Source: Ruthenibacterium lactatiformans
GTDB lineage: Bacteria > Bacillota > Clostridia > Oscillospirales > Ruminococcaceae
Length of the DNA: 32,000 nucleotides
Direction: 5' to 3'
NCBI RefSeq assembly: GCF_000949455.1
Contig: NZ_JXXK01000020.1
Coordinates: 10,314-42,313 of the forward strand
This document shows positions 1 through 7,121 of this stretch, piece by piece. The translations under genes and the position numbers were made by a program. The notes beneath the pieces are model-generated. The model ran no database searches and was not told where the DNA came from. It saw only the letters and a program-made list of their open reading frames with translations. How positions within the stretch are numbered: the first letter of the stretch is position 1; every line of letters starts with the position of its first letter.

Positions 1-1
1 G

Positions 2-268
2 TTCCGTGAGCAGCATTCGACGATTTTCTTGGAAACGGAGGATGGAGTTCGGGAATACCGGATCGCATCGGTTTTGACAACCGACCTGTCGAGAATCCCT
101 TTTAACCGGACAGTGTTTGCAGATGAACAGGATTACCTCGCTTTTGCCGGCACGATGCTGGAAGAAACAGGGTATGAACCGCAAGCAGTGAAACGCCTGC
201 TGACGCTTGTGACTTGTGCCTACAACTGGGATGGAGCTCGGACAGTCGTTGTCGCTGTAGAGAAATGA
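2..268 (+). CDS. Sortase (class B-like), C-terminal fragment; 5' end lies outside the window
   Basis: The frame is open from position 2 (FREQHSTIFLETEDG...). It contains the sortase catalytic signature LTLVTC followed by a conserved Arg (GARTVVV). Stop at 266-268. Confidence 0.75.
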   Translation, partial: FREQHSTIFLETEDGVREYRIASVLTTDLSRIPFNRTVFADEQDYLAFAGTMLEETGYEPQAVKRLLTLVTCAYNWDGARTVVVAVEK

Positions 269-301
269 ATTGCCTGAACGGAGAAAGGATGTGATAGATG
301 G

Positions 302-991
302 TTGAAAGTGCTGATTGTTGAGCCGGGGCAGTATCCCCGGGAAGCGGAAATCGCAAAGAGTCTGAAAGCAGAACAGGCTGTGGTCGGGGGACTCATCGAA
401 TGTGTGTATCCCTGGCAGGACAACGCCTGCATTGTCTGCAATGACGAGGGCAAGCTGGAAGGGCTGCCCCTCAACCGGACGCTGGATGACTATGACGTGA
501 TCGCTGGGACTTTCTTTGTGGTGGGGCTCACTGAAGATGACTTCTGCAGTCTGACCAATGAACAGGTGGAGCGGTACAAAGCCATGTTTTTCAAACCGCA
601 GCTGTTTGTCCCGTATCGCGGTGGTCTGATGCAGGTGCCGTATACCAACCCTGATCTTCCGAATACCCCGGAATCCATCAAGCAGGATTTTGCAATCCGG
701 CACAACCTGCCGGAATTGAGCTTCTGTGCGGTTGAAGGATTCGACCATGTGATGCTCGTCCAGTACGGGAAAGATGGATATTGGGAGATCGATGCTCCCC
801 CGGAAGGCATTGATGCCAAGACGTATGCGGAACGCCTCAACGCCGCTATGGGCGTTACCAAGCAGCAGCAAACAGCCATGCTGTATGGTCTGACTGTTGG
901 ATGGGATAAGCTGGCATACCGCTTTCCTGACATTGATGAGCAAGGACGCATTACCCGGCCCCGAAAAAACCTGGATAACAAAGAGAGATAA
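302..991 (+). CDS. DUF3846-like domain protein (ICE-associated, function unknown)
   Basis: TTG start about 10 nt after GGAGAAAGG. The N-terminus MKVLIVEPG...VVGGLIE...CNDEGKL matches the recalled DUF3846 pattern. The C-terminal half is unassigned. Confidence 0.6.
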   Translation: MKVLIVEPGQYPREAEIAKSLKAEQAVVGGLIECVYPWQDNACIVCNDEGKLEGLPLNRTLDDYDVIAGTFFVVGLTEDDFCSLTNEQVERYKAMFFKPQLFVPYRGGLMQVPYTNPDLPNTPESIKQDFAIRHNLPELSFCAVEGFDHVMLVQYGKDGYWEIDAPPEGIDAKTYAERLNAAMGVTKQQQTAMLYGLTVGWDKLAYRFPDIDEQGRITRPRKNLDNKER

Positions 992-1018
992 GCCATGACC
1001 CAATATGTTTTTTACCAG

Positions 1019-1055
1019 GCGCGTAGCCCTCCCGGCTGTGCGCCTTTTTGTTTTG
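1019..1055 (+). terminator. Probable intrinsic terminator between the DUF3846 gene and metK
   Basis: GGCGCGTAGCC (1019-1029) pairs with GGCTGTGCGCC (1035-1045) apart from a 2-nt internal mismatch, then TTTTTGTTTT follows. Confidence 0.5.
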
Positions 1056-1090
1056 CCATAAACACCAATCAACATACAAAGGAGAAATCA

Positions 1091-2233
1091 ATGCGCACTT
1101 TTTATTCTGCTGAATCTGTCACCGAAGGCCACCCCGACAAGCTCTGCGATCTCATCGCAGACAACGTCCTGGACGCGTGTCTGACCGGAGACCCCGCCAG
1201 CCGCGTCGCCTGTGAGGTCATGGCCACCCGTGGTCACATCATTGTGGCCGGTGAGATTACCACCGAAGCAAACCCCGACGTGTTCAACATTGCCCGGGAC
1301 GTGCTGCACAGCGTTGGGTACGACCCCAAGAGCTTTCAGATCGATTGTTATCTGCATCCTCAGAGCCCGGATATTGCCGGAGCTGTGGAAGTGCCTGCGG
1401 ATAGCCCCGAAGATGACGAGGCCATCGGTGCCGGTGACCAGGGTGTCGTCATCGGGTACGCCTGCAACGAAACGCCCGAACTGATGCCCATGCCCGTGGT
1501 GATCGCTCACCGCCTCACCAGCCTGCTGACCCTGGCCAGAATGACCGATGCTGTTCACGGAATCGGCCCCGATGGCAAAGCCATGGTGGTTGTGGAGTAT
1601 GAGGATGACAAACCGCTGCGGGTAGATCAGATCCTGCTGTCGGTCCAGCATGAGGCGGGGGTACATATCGAGGATATCCAGGCCGACATCTTTGCTCAGG
1701 TCATTTTGCCCGCCCTCAAAGGAATGCCCACCGATGATCGGATGGAAGTCATCCTCAACCCCAGCGGCAGTTTCGTGGTGGGCGGCCCGGAAGCCGACAC
1801 CGGCCTGACGGGCCGCAAGCTCATGGTGGATGCTTACGGGCCTTTTGTGAGCCAGGGCGGCGGGGCGTTGTCCGGCAAAGACCCCACCAAAATTGACCGG
1901 ACCGCTGCGTACATGGCCCGGTACATTGCGAAAAACATTGTGGCTGCCAATATTGCGGATCGGTGCCGCGTGGCCCTGACCTATGCCATTGGCATGGCCA
2001 AGCCCATGGCGGTTACGGTGGACACCTTCCAAACGTGTTTTCGCTGCGATGACGAATATCTGGCAGCGGCAGTGCGCCATGTGTTCGATCTGACCCCGGC
2101 GGGCATGATCGAGACCCTCCATCTGCAGCAACCGATCTATGCCCGTACTGCCGTCGGCGGGCATTTCGGACGTGAAGATTTTCCCTGGGAGCAGGTGGAT
2201 AAGAGTAGCCTGCTGATGAGGGCCCTTTCCTGA
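1091..2233 (+). CDS. metK: S-adenosylmethionine synthetase (divergent, element-borne MetK paralog)
   Basis: ATG at 1091 is preceded by AAAGGAGAAATCA. Motifs GHPDK (1127-1141), GAGDQG, GGPEADTGLTGRK, GGGALSGKD and DRTAAY align with MetK. The 995 start on the ORF track is an upstream extension with no RBS. Confidence 0.9.
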   Translation: MRTFYSAESVTEGHPDKLCDLIADNVLDACLTGDPASRVACEVMATRGHIIVAGEITTEANPDVFNIARDVLHSVGYDPKSFQIDCYLHPQSPDIAGAVEVPADSPEDDEAIGAGDQGVVIGYACNETPELMPMPVVIAHRLTSLLTLARMTDAVHGIGPDGKAMVVVEYEDDKPLRVDQILLSVQHEAGVHIEDIQADIFAQVILPALKGMPTDDRMEVILNPSGSFVVGGPEADTGLTGRKLMVDAYGPFVSQGGGALSGKDPTKIDRTAAYMARYIAKNIVAANIADRCRVALTYAIGMAKPMAVTVDTFQTCFRCDDEYLAAAVRHVFDLTPAGMIETLHLQQPIYARTAVGGHFGREDFPWEQVDKSSLLMRALS

Positions 2234-3204
2234 TGCCCGGTGTCAGCAAGGAACAGATCGCCGCCGCCAAAAAGATGACGGCCATTGAATTCTTGCGGCG
2301 GTATCGTTCCGCAGATCTGGTCAAGAGCAGCGCCCGCGGCGAGTTCGAGCTGCGCAGTCACGACAGCTTCAAAATTAACGGTGAGTCCAGTGTCTGGCAC
2401 TGGAAAAGCCGTGGGATCGGAGGCAAGTCTGCCCTGGACTATCTCGTCCATGTGGAGCAGTGTGGTTTTGTGGAAGCCGTGCGGATGCTGTGTGATGAGG
2501 TACCTGGGTACATCCCTGTCGCTCATGAGGAGGTGGAGCAGAAGCGCCCGGAGTTCTCTCTTCCGCCTGCTGCCCGCAACAATGCCCGGGTTGTGGCGTA
2601 CCTTTGCGGGCGAGGCATTTCCCCCGTGGTGCTCAGTTACTGTGTGGACCGTGGCCTGGTCTATGAGAGCCTGCCGTATCACAATTGTGTGTTTATCGGA
2701 AAGGATGAAAACGGCACAGCACGGTACGCAGCTTTGCGCGGCACCTACGGCCAAGGGCGTCCGTTTAAGGCTGAAACGCCGGGCAGCGACAAGCGGTATG
2801 GCTTCTGCATTCCGCCGCTGCATCCTTCCACCACGGTGGCAGTGTTTGAGGCGGCCATTGATGCCATGGCTGAGATGACTCTCTCCGATAATACCGCAGA
2901 CAAATACCGCCTCTCGCTGGGCGGCATCTATGCTCCGAAAGAAGAAAATGTGGAGATCAAGACGCCAGTGGCATTGGTGGAGTTCCTGCGTCAGCATCCG
3001 GATGTGGACACCATCCAACTGTGCATGGACAATGATGAGCCGGGCCGCCATGCGGCGCTGGCCATCGCCCGCAATCTCGGCGGCAAGTACAAAGTGTCCC
3101 TGTGCCTGCCGCAGATCGAGGGCGGCGACTATGCCGACCTCGCCAAACAAATCAAACAGGCAAGATGTGCCTGTACCAGACATCGCACCGAGTTGGCGCG
3201 ATGA
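2233..3204 (+). CDS. DUF3991 + Toprim domain protein (conjugative primase/TraC-like accessory protein)
   Basis: The ATG overlaps the metK TGA by 1 nt. Toprim Glu context VAVFEAAIDAMAE and acidic motif CMDNDEPGRHAA are present. The N-terminal WHWKSRGIGGKSALDYL region is typical of DUF3991. Confidence 0.75.
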   Translation: MPGVSKEQIAAAKKMTAIEFLRRYRSADLVKSSARGEFELRSHDSFKINGESSVWHWKSRGIGGKSALDYLVHVEQCGFVEAVRMLCDEVPGYIPVAHEEVEQKRPEFSLPPAARNNARVVAYLCGRGISPVVLSYCVDRGLVYESLPYHNCVFIGKDENGTARYAALRGTYGQGRPFKAETPGSDKRYGFCIPPLHPSTTVAVFEAAIDAMAEMTLSDNTADKYRLSLGGIYAPKEENVEIKTPVALVEFLRQHPDVDTIQLCMDNDEPGRHAALAIARNLGGKYKVSLCLPQIEGGDYADLAKQIKQARCACTRHRTELAR

Positions 3205-4256
3205 CCATAACGGAGGTGATGCGATTGAGTGAACGCATTTTCAAAATGTACTCTCCGCTGACTGGTGAACTGTACCAGGCCGGAGAGTATGAATACGAGG
3301 ATTCCGCCGACGAATACAACGGCGAAGAACTGCTGCTTTATGCGGAGGAAATTGAAAAGGCAGTCAAGGCCTACACCGACAACGGTACCGAAGATCTCAT
3401 GAAATACTTCTATGAGAGCGATTACGTTAAGCAGCACGTTCGGAGTCTGGTCCCCTCGGTGGAGGTCTGGAACGGGCGGCTTTATGGTTGTACCACGGTG
3501 CGGGCAGATGATGATCTTTCGGAACCCGGCTGGGACAAGCTCATGGACTACCTGGCCGGACAGTATTCAGACGGCTGGGGCGAGGGCTTCGAGCAGCGGG
3601 AAATCGAAACCGAAGATGGCCTGCTGTATGTGCATTTCTGGCAGGACCACGACTTCGACTTCACGGTGGAGGAAGTCACCCCTTCGAAGAAGTATGAGAT
3701 CACCGACATCGCGCATCCCAAAGATCCCAGCCTGCACCGTATCCGGGCTCTGACGCGGGTAAGCGAAACCGTTGGCCCCGGTACCCTGGGCGGCTATGTC
3801 CAGAGCGAGGAAAATCTGACCCAGGAAAACGATGGTGCCTGGATCTACGGGGATGCCATCTGCTGCGAAAACGCCATCGTGACAACCGGGGCTTTCCTGA
3901 CTGGACAGGCCCGGGTAAGCGGTTCGGCCCTCGTTTCCAATGAAGCTGAAATCGGTGGCCAAGGCCGCGTCCGTGACCGCGCGGTAGTGTCCGGCGGTAC
4001 GGTGCAGGAAGGTGCCGTCGTCTGCGGCGATGCCGTTATTCGGAAAAACCAGATCACCGGAGCAGTGCCCCTCGTGGAAGGCCATGCCACCGTGATGGGC
4101 GTTGTGGCCGGTGCGGTTTACCTGGGCGCGGATGCCTTTATTCTGCCGGGAAACACGGTGGACAACCCCACCAACAGTGTCCTGGCCATCAACGGGACCC
4201 ATGTGCGGCTGTACAGCATTGAGCAGGTCAAGCCGCCGAAAGCGCCTGAACGCTGA
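3201..4256 (+). CDS. Hypothetical fusion protein: unknown N-terminal domain + YdcK-like left-handed beta-helix (hexapeptide-repeat) C-terminal domain
   Basis: ATGA overlap with the upstream stop (3201-3204). The C-terminal HRIRALTRVSETVGPGTLGGYVQSEENLTQENDGAWIYGDA, followed by repeated G-x-A-x-V units, resembles the E. coli YdcK family. Confidence 0.6.
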   Translation: MTITEVMRLSERIFKMYSPLTGELYQAGEYEYEDSADEYNGEELLLYAEEIEKAVKAYTDNGTEDLMKYFYESDYVKQHVRSLVPSVEVWNGRLYGCTTVRADDDLSEPGWDKLMDYLAGQYSDGWGEGFEQREIETEDGLLYVHFWQDHDFDFTVEEVTPSKKYEITDIAHPKDPSLHRIRALTRVSETVGPGTLGGYVQSEENLTQENDGAWIYGDAICCENAIVTTGAFLTGQARVSGSALVSNEAEIGGQGRVRDRAVVSGGTVQEGAVVCGDAVIRKNQITGAVPLVEGHATVMGVVAGAVYLGADAFILPGNTVDNPTNSVLAINGTHVRLYSIEQVKPPKAPER

Positions 4257-4268
4257 ATAATAGAAAGG

Positions 4269-5075
4269 ATGATGCCTTTGACAAATACTCTCCAGCAATC
4301 CACTTTGTTTTCTTCCAACGATTTTACTATGCCCGAGCATTTTGGAGATGACCGCTGGACGATTCTGCATGGCGATGTCATGCACATCGTTCCGCACATG
4401 ACCAGAGCCGTCTTTGATGCCGTCATTACCGACCCGCCCTATGCCAGCGGCGGTGCCAGCCAGACGGCCAAGAACCGCTCGACTACCGAGAAGTACAGCA
4501 GTCTGCGCGGCGACAAGGCACTGCCGGATTTTGACAGTGACCAGATGGACCAGCGCAGCTGGACCCGGTGGATGTGTGAATGGCTTCAGATGGTGCGTGC
4601 TGCCTGCAAGCCCGGTGCGCCCATCTGCCTGTTCATCGACTGGCGGCAGCTGCCCTCCATGACCGATGCCCTGCAGTGGGCCGGGTGGACCTGGCGCGGA
4701 ATCGCGGTATGGGATAAGCCGTCCGGTCGACCGCAGCGGGGGCGCTTCCGTCAGCAAGCCGAGTTTATCGTTTGGGGTTCCAACGGCAAGATGCCGCTGG
4801 AGCGCAATGTGGGTTGTTTGCCGGGGGTATTCCGTCAGGCCAACCCCGCCAACCGCATCCATGTGACCGAAAAGCCCCTGCAGCTCATGCGGGATGTGGT
4901 GCAGATCTGCGAACCGGGAGGCCGAATCCTCGACCCGTTTGCCGGTTCCGGCACCACCATTTTGGCTGCGGTGCAGGAAGGGTACGAAGCGGTGGGCATC
5001 GAACTTACCGACGCCTACTTCCAGCTTGGTACCCAGCGTGTGAAACAGGCGCTGGAGCCACAGAGTGAATCTTAA
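4269..5075 (+). CDS. Orphan site-specific DNA methyltransferase, beta-class (N6-adenine or N4-cytosine)
   Basis: Motif IV DPPY at 4431-4442 precedes motif I (LDPFAGSGTT), the circular order typical of beta-class enzymes. No restriction endonuclease gene is adjacent. The exact start (4269, 4272 or 4329) is uncertain. Confidence 0.85.
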   Translation: MMPLTNTLQQSTLFSSNDFTMPEHFGDDRWTILHGDVMHIVPHMTRAVFDAVITDPPYASGGASQTAKNRSTTEKYSSLRGDKALPDFDSDQMDQRSWTRWMCEWLQMVRAACKPGAPICLFIDWRQLPSMTDALQWAGWTWRGIAVWDKPSGRPQRGRFRQQAEFIVWGSNGKMPLERNVGCLPGVFRQANPANRIHVTEKPLQLMRDVVQICEPGGRILDPFAGSGTTILAAVQEGYEAVGIELTDAYFQLGTQRVKQALEPQSES

Positions 5076-5086
5076 CAAGATTCACT
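5064..5086 (+). repeat. Hairpin/palindrome AGTGAATCTT-AAC-AAGATTCACT spanning the methyltransferase stop codon
   Basis: Perfect 10-bp arms. The same arm sequence is reused in the terminator stem at 5102-5132. Confidence 0.8.
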
Positions 5087-5101
5087 GACAGAAAGAACCG
5101 T

Positions 5102-5140
5102 GCGGAGTGAATCTTATTAAGATTCACTCCGCCTCATTTT
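5102..5140 (+). terminator. Intrinsic terminator
   Basis: GCGGAGTGAATCTTA-T-TAAGATTCACTCCGC forms a 15-bp perfect stem, followed by CTCATTTTT. Confidence 0.75.
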
Positions 5141-5156
5141 TGGAAGGAGAACCGAT

Positions 5157-5495
5157 ATGAAACGTCCCTGGGCCTACGTGTGCGCCACCAATGACACCAA
5201 CTCCAAGACTTTACGCGGCTATTGCCGCACGATTTTTCAGTGCGGATATGTGCCGGTCTGTCCTCGTCTGCAGGACGGGCAGTTCATTGTGCTGGAAAAT
5301 CCCGATGAACGCCATGCCTTCAACGAAATTTTGCGGGACAAACTGCTCCGCTGCACAGTCTTGGTGGTTTGCGGTAAGCATTCGGATGCGACTACCAACG
5401 CGGAAGTGGGCCTTGCCAAGAAATACAGCAAGGTCCTCACAACGCTGGACGGTGTTTTGCAGGCCGCCGAAAAGGGAGAAATCCTCACCGACTGA
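5157..5495 (+). CDS. Small hypothetical protein; weak resemblance to the nucleoside 2-deoxyribosyltransferase-like/DUF4406 fold
   Basis: ATG lies 8 nt after GGAAGGAGA. The pattern ...CTVLVVCGKHSDATTNAEVGLAKKYSKV... recalls the C-terminal part of that fold. The functional assignment is tentative. Confidence 0.55.
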   Translation: MKRPWAYVCATNDTNSKTLRGYCRTIFQCGYVPVCPRLQDGQFIVLENPDERHAFNEILRDKLLRCTVLVVCGKHSDATTNAEVGLAKKYSKVLTTLDGVLQAAEKGEILTD

Positions 5496-5545
5496 AAGGG
5501 GAGGGGACGACCTCTCACCTGCTGGCAGACGGTTTTGCAAGCATA

Positions 5546-5622
5546 GCGTTTGGATATCCAAACGCAGATCCTTGGGGCGTGCCCCAAACCCCCGACGGCC
5601 TGCGAGAGCAGTGCCGCGTTAC
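5546..5622. other. Candidate origin of transfer (oriT)
   Basis: Lies in the intergenic region upstream of the mob genes. It holds a perfect 20-bp palindrome GCGTTTGGATATCCAAACGC (5546-5565), a second inverted repeat TTGGGGC-GT-GCCCCAA (5572-5587), and GCAGTGCCGCGTTAC (5608-5622), which loosely resembles MOBQ-type nick regions (recalled ..AAGTGCGCCCTTAC..). Confidence 0.45.
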
Positions 5623-5647
5623 ATTTGGAAAGGAACAGGTGAAAACC

Positions 5648-6061
5648 ATGAGTGGATTTGAAATGCGGGCACAATTTTACCCGCTGGTGACCGACTTGGA
5701 ACGGCTGAAAGAAGAAGCTGCGGAAGGCGTGCCGTACCCCTTCGTTACGGAAGAATTGCTGGAGCTCTCGCCCAAAGACTACCGGCAGTTCTGCAGTGCC
5801 CTGGGGCAGCGGTACGCATTCGAAACCGACATTCCCAAGGAAGGGTACGATACTGTGTACGGGGCCTTCCATTGTTCTCTGGTTACTGCGGTATCCGAAA
5901 AAGAAGCAATTCTCCTGACCAGGGTGGCCGCGCAGATGTTCGGTGCCTATCTGCCGGACAAGACACTTCTGGATCTTACGAGGGTGCCGAAGAAGCAGGT
6001 GACCCTTGAGGCGTGCCACAACCCGGAAATCCGCATCGGGCATCCGGATGCCGTCCGGTGA
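5648..6061 (+). CDS. Hypothetical protein (first gene of the mobilisation operon)
   Basis: ATG at 5648 follows GGAAAGGAACAGG. Its stop overlaps the mobC GTG (GTGA at 6058-6061). No family recognised. Confidence 0.6.
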   Translation: MSGFEMRAQFYPLVTDLERLKEEAAEGVPYPFVTEELLELSPKDYRQFCSALGQRYAFETDIPKEGYDTVYGAFHCSLVTAVSEKEAILLTRVAAQMFGAYLPDKTLLDLTRVPKKQVTLEACHNPEIRIGHPDAVR

Positions 6062-6372
6062 CAGGACGAAAGCGCCGCCACGTTATTCCACTTCGGCTGA
6101 CCGAGCAGGAACTGAAGCATCTGAACCGACTGGCAGCGCAAAGCGGGTTATCTCGTGAAAAGTTGCTGCGGGCGCTGATTATGGGTGAAACCATTCGTCC
6201 GCGTCCCTGTACCCATCATGAGGACCTGCTGCGAAAAGTGTCCGGACTCTGCAACAACGCCAACCAGGTGGCCCATCGGGCAAACAGTACCGGTGTGGCC
6301 AGTCAGGAAAGTGTAGATAAGATGATTCGAATCTCCCAGGAAATCTGGAAGGAGGTGAAAAGCCAATGGTAA
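6058..6372 (+). CDS. mobC: MobC-family relaxosome accessory protein (ribbon-helix-helix)
   Basis: RKRRHVIPLRLTEQELKHLNRLAAQSGLSREKLLRALI followed by ...LCNNANQVAHRAN... is the typical MobC pattern. The GTG start is coupled to the upstream stop. Confidence 0.8.
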   Translation: MTGRKRRHVIPLRLTEQELKHLNRLAAQSGLSREKLLRALIMGETIRPRPCTHHEDLLRKVSGLCNNANQVAHRANSTGVASQESVDKMIRISQEIWKEVKSQW

Positions 6373-7118
6373 AGAAATATCAGGAAACCGCCAATTTTGT
6401 ATCCGGTGTACTGGATGTTACTGAACTTCAGAATATTTCGCCGTTTATGAGTAAGCCGCAGAAGTTCTCCATACAGCGGGCTCTGGTGCTGAGTGACGCC
6501 GACTACCAGTTTTTTGTGAATGATGACTTTCGCAGACCGCCCGTTGTCATCCGCGCCAAACAGCGGTACATGGGATTTGACGTGAAGAAGAAAGAATGGA
6601 ATTGCCTGCTGGTGGTGAGCGAAATCAGCAAAGACGGCATCCTGGTGGGGAAAGAGCCGGACGCCGAGCGCTACTATATGGCCTATGTCCCCGACCACAC
6701 CAACCTGAACCTGCCGGCTGATCTGCCGGTGGAGTTCTGGACCAACGTCTGTACCACCACGTTGCAGCTGCAGCCTTCGGCAGAGGCACATCCTCCGCTG
6801 ACGGAGCAGGGAAACCGTCAACAGCACTTCGCGTCCTTTGTGGGAATGCAGCTGTCGACGGTGTGCTTTGATCTGCGTTTTATGTCCTATGACCCCGAAA
6901 AGGATGAGATGGTGACCCGCCTGTATGGCGGCCCCCACGATTACATCGAGAGCCGTGGGACGCCGGAGAAGATCGCAAAGGAAAACCACTTCTCGGGCAA
7001 GCTGCGTGGTATCTTCTTCAACATGGACTACCGCAACATCAGCCATCCGTGTCTGCCGGAAGAAGTGCCGCAACCCAAACGGAAAACTCCCCGAAAAACC
7101 AGGGAGGAAGGAAGATGA
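6366..7118 (+). CDS. Hypothetical 250-aa protein wedged between mobC and the relaxase gene
   Basis: The ATG overlaps the mobC stop (ATGGTAA, 6366-6372). Its stop lies 3 nt before the relaxase ATG. Amino-acid composition looks normal, unlike the antisense shadow ORF 6303-7553. No family recognised. Confidence 0.65.
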   Translation: MVKKYQETANFVSGVLDVTELQNISPFMSKPQKFSIQRALVLSDADYQFFVNDDFRRPPVVIRAKQRYMGFDVKKKEWNCLLVVSEISKDGILVGKEPDAERYYMAYVPDHTNLNLPADLPVEFWTNVCTTTLQLQPSAEAHPPLTEQGNRQQHFASFVGMQLSTVCFDLRFMSYDPEKDEMVTRLYGGPHDYIESRGTPEKIAKENHFSGKLRGIFFNMDYRNISHPCLPEEVPQPKRKTPRKTREEGR

Positions 7119-7121
7119 GTT

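Noticed and set aside
995-1090. Upstream extensions of real genes on the ORF track (995 for metK, 3102 for the beta-helix gene, 5579, 6013, 8368, 9452, 10464, 13030, 14503, 17540, 17987, 22501)
   Set aside because: Internal starts with proper Shine-Dalgarno spacing and/or stop-start coupling fit better. Several extensions overlap terminators or upstream coding regions.
3567-5078. 503-aa minus-strand ORF, and similar long antisense ORFs (1088-2164, 2137-3183, 6303-7553, 10530-11843, 15660-17213 on minus; 23506-25185 on plus; 30988-31731 on minus)
   Set aside because: They lie antisense to genes with clear family motifs. They have Arg/Gly/His/Pro-rich low-complexity composition and lack RBS/start context. 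These are typical shadow ORFs of GC-rich DNA.
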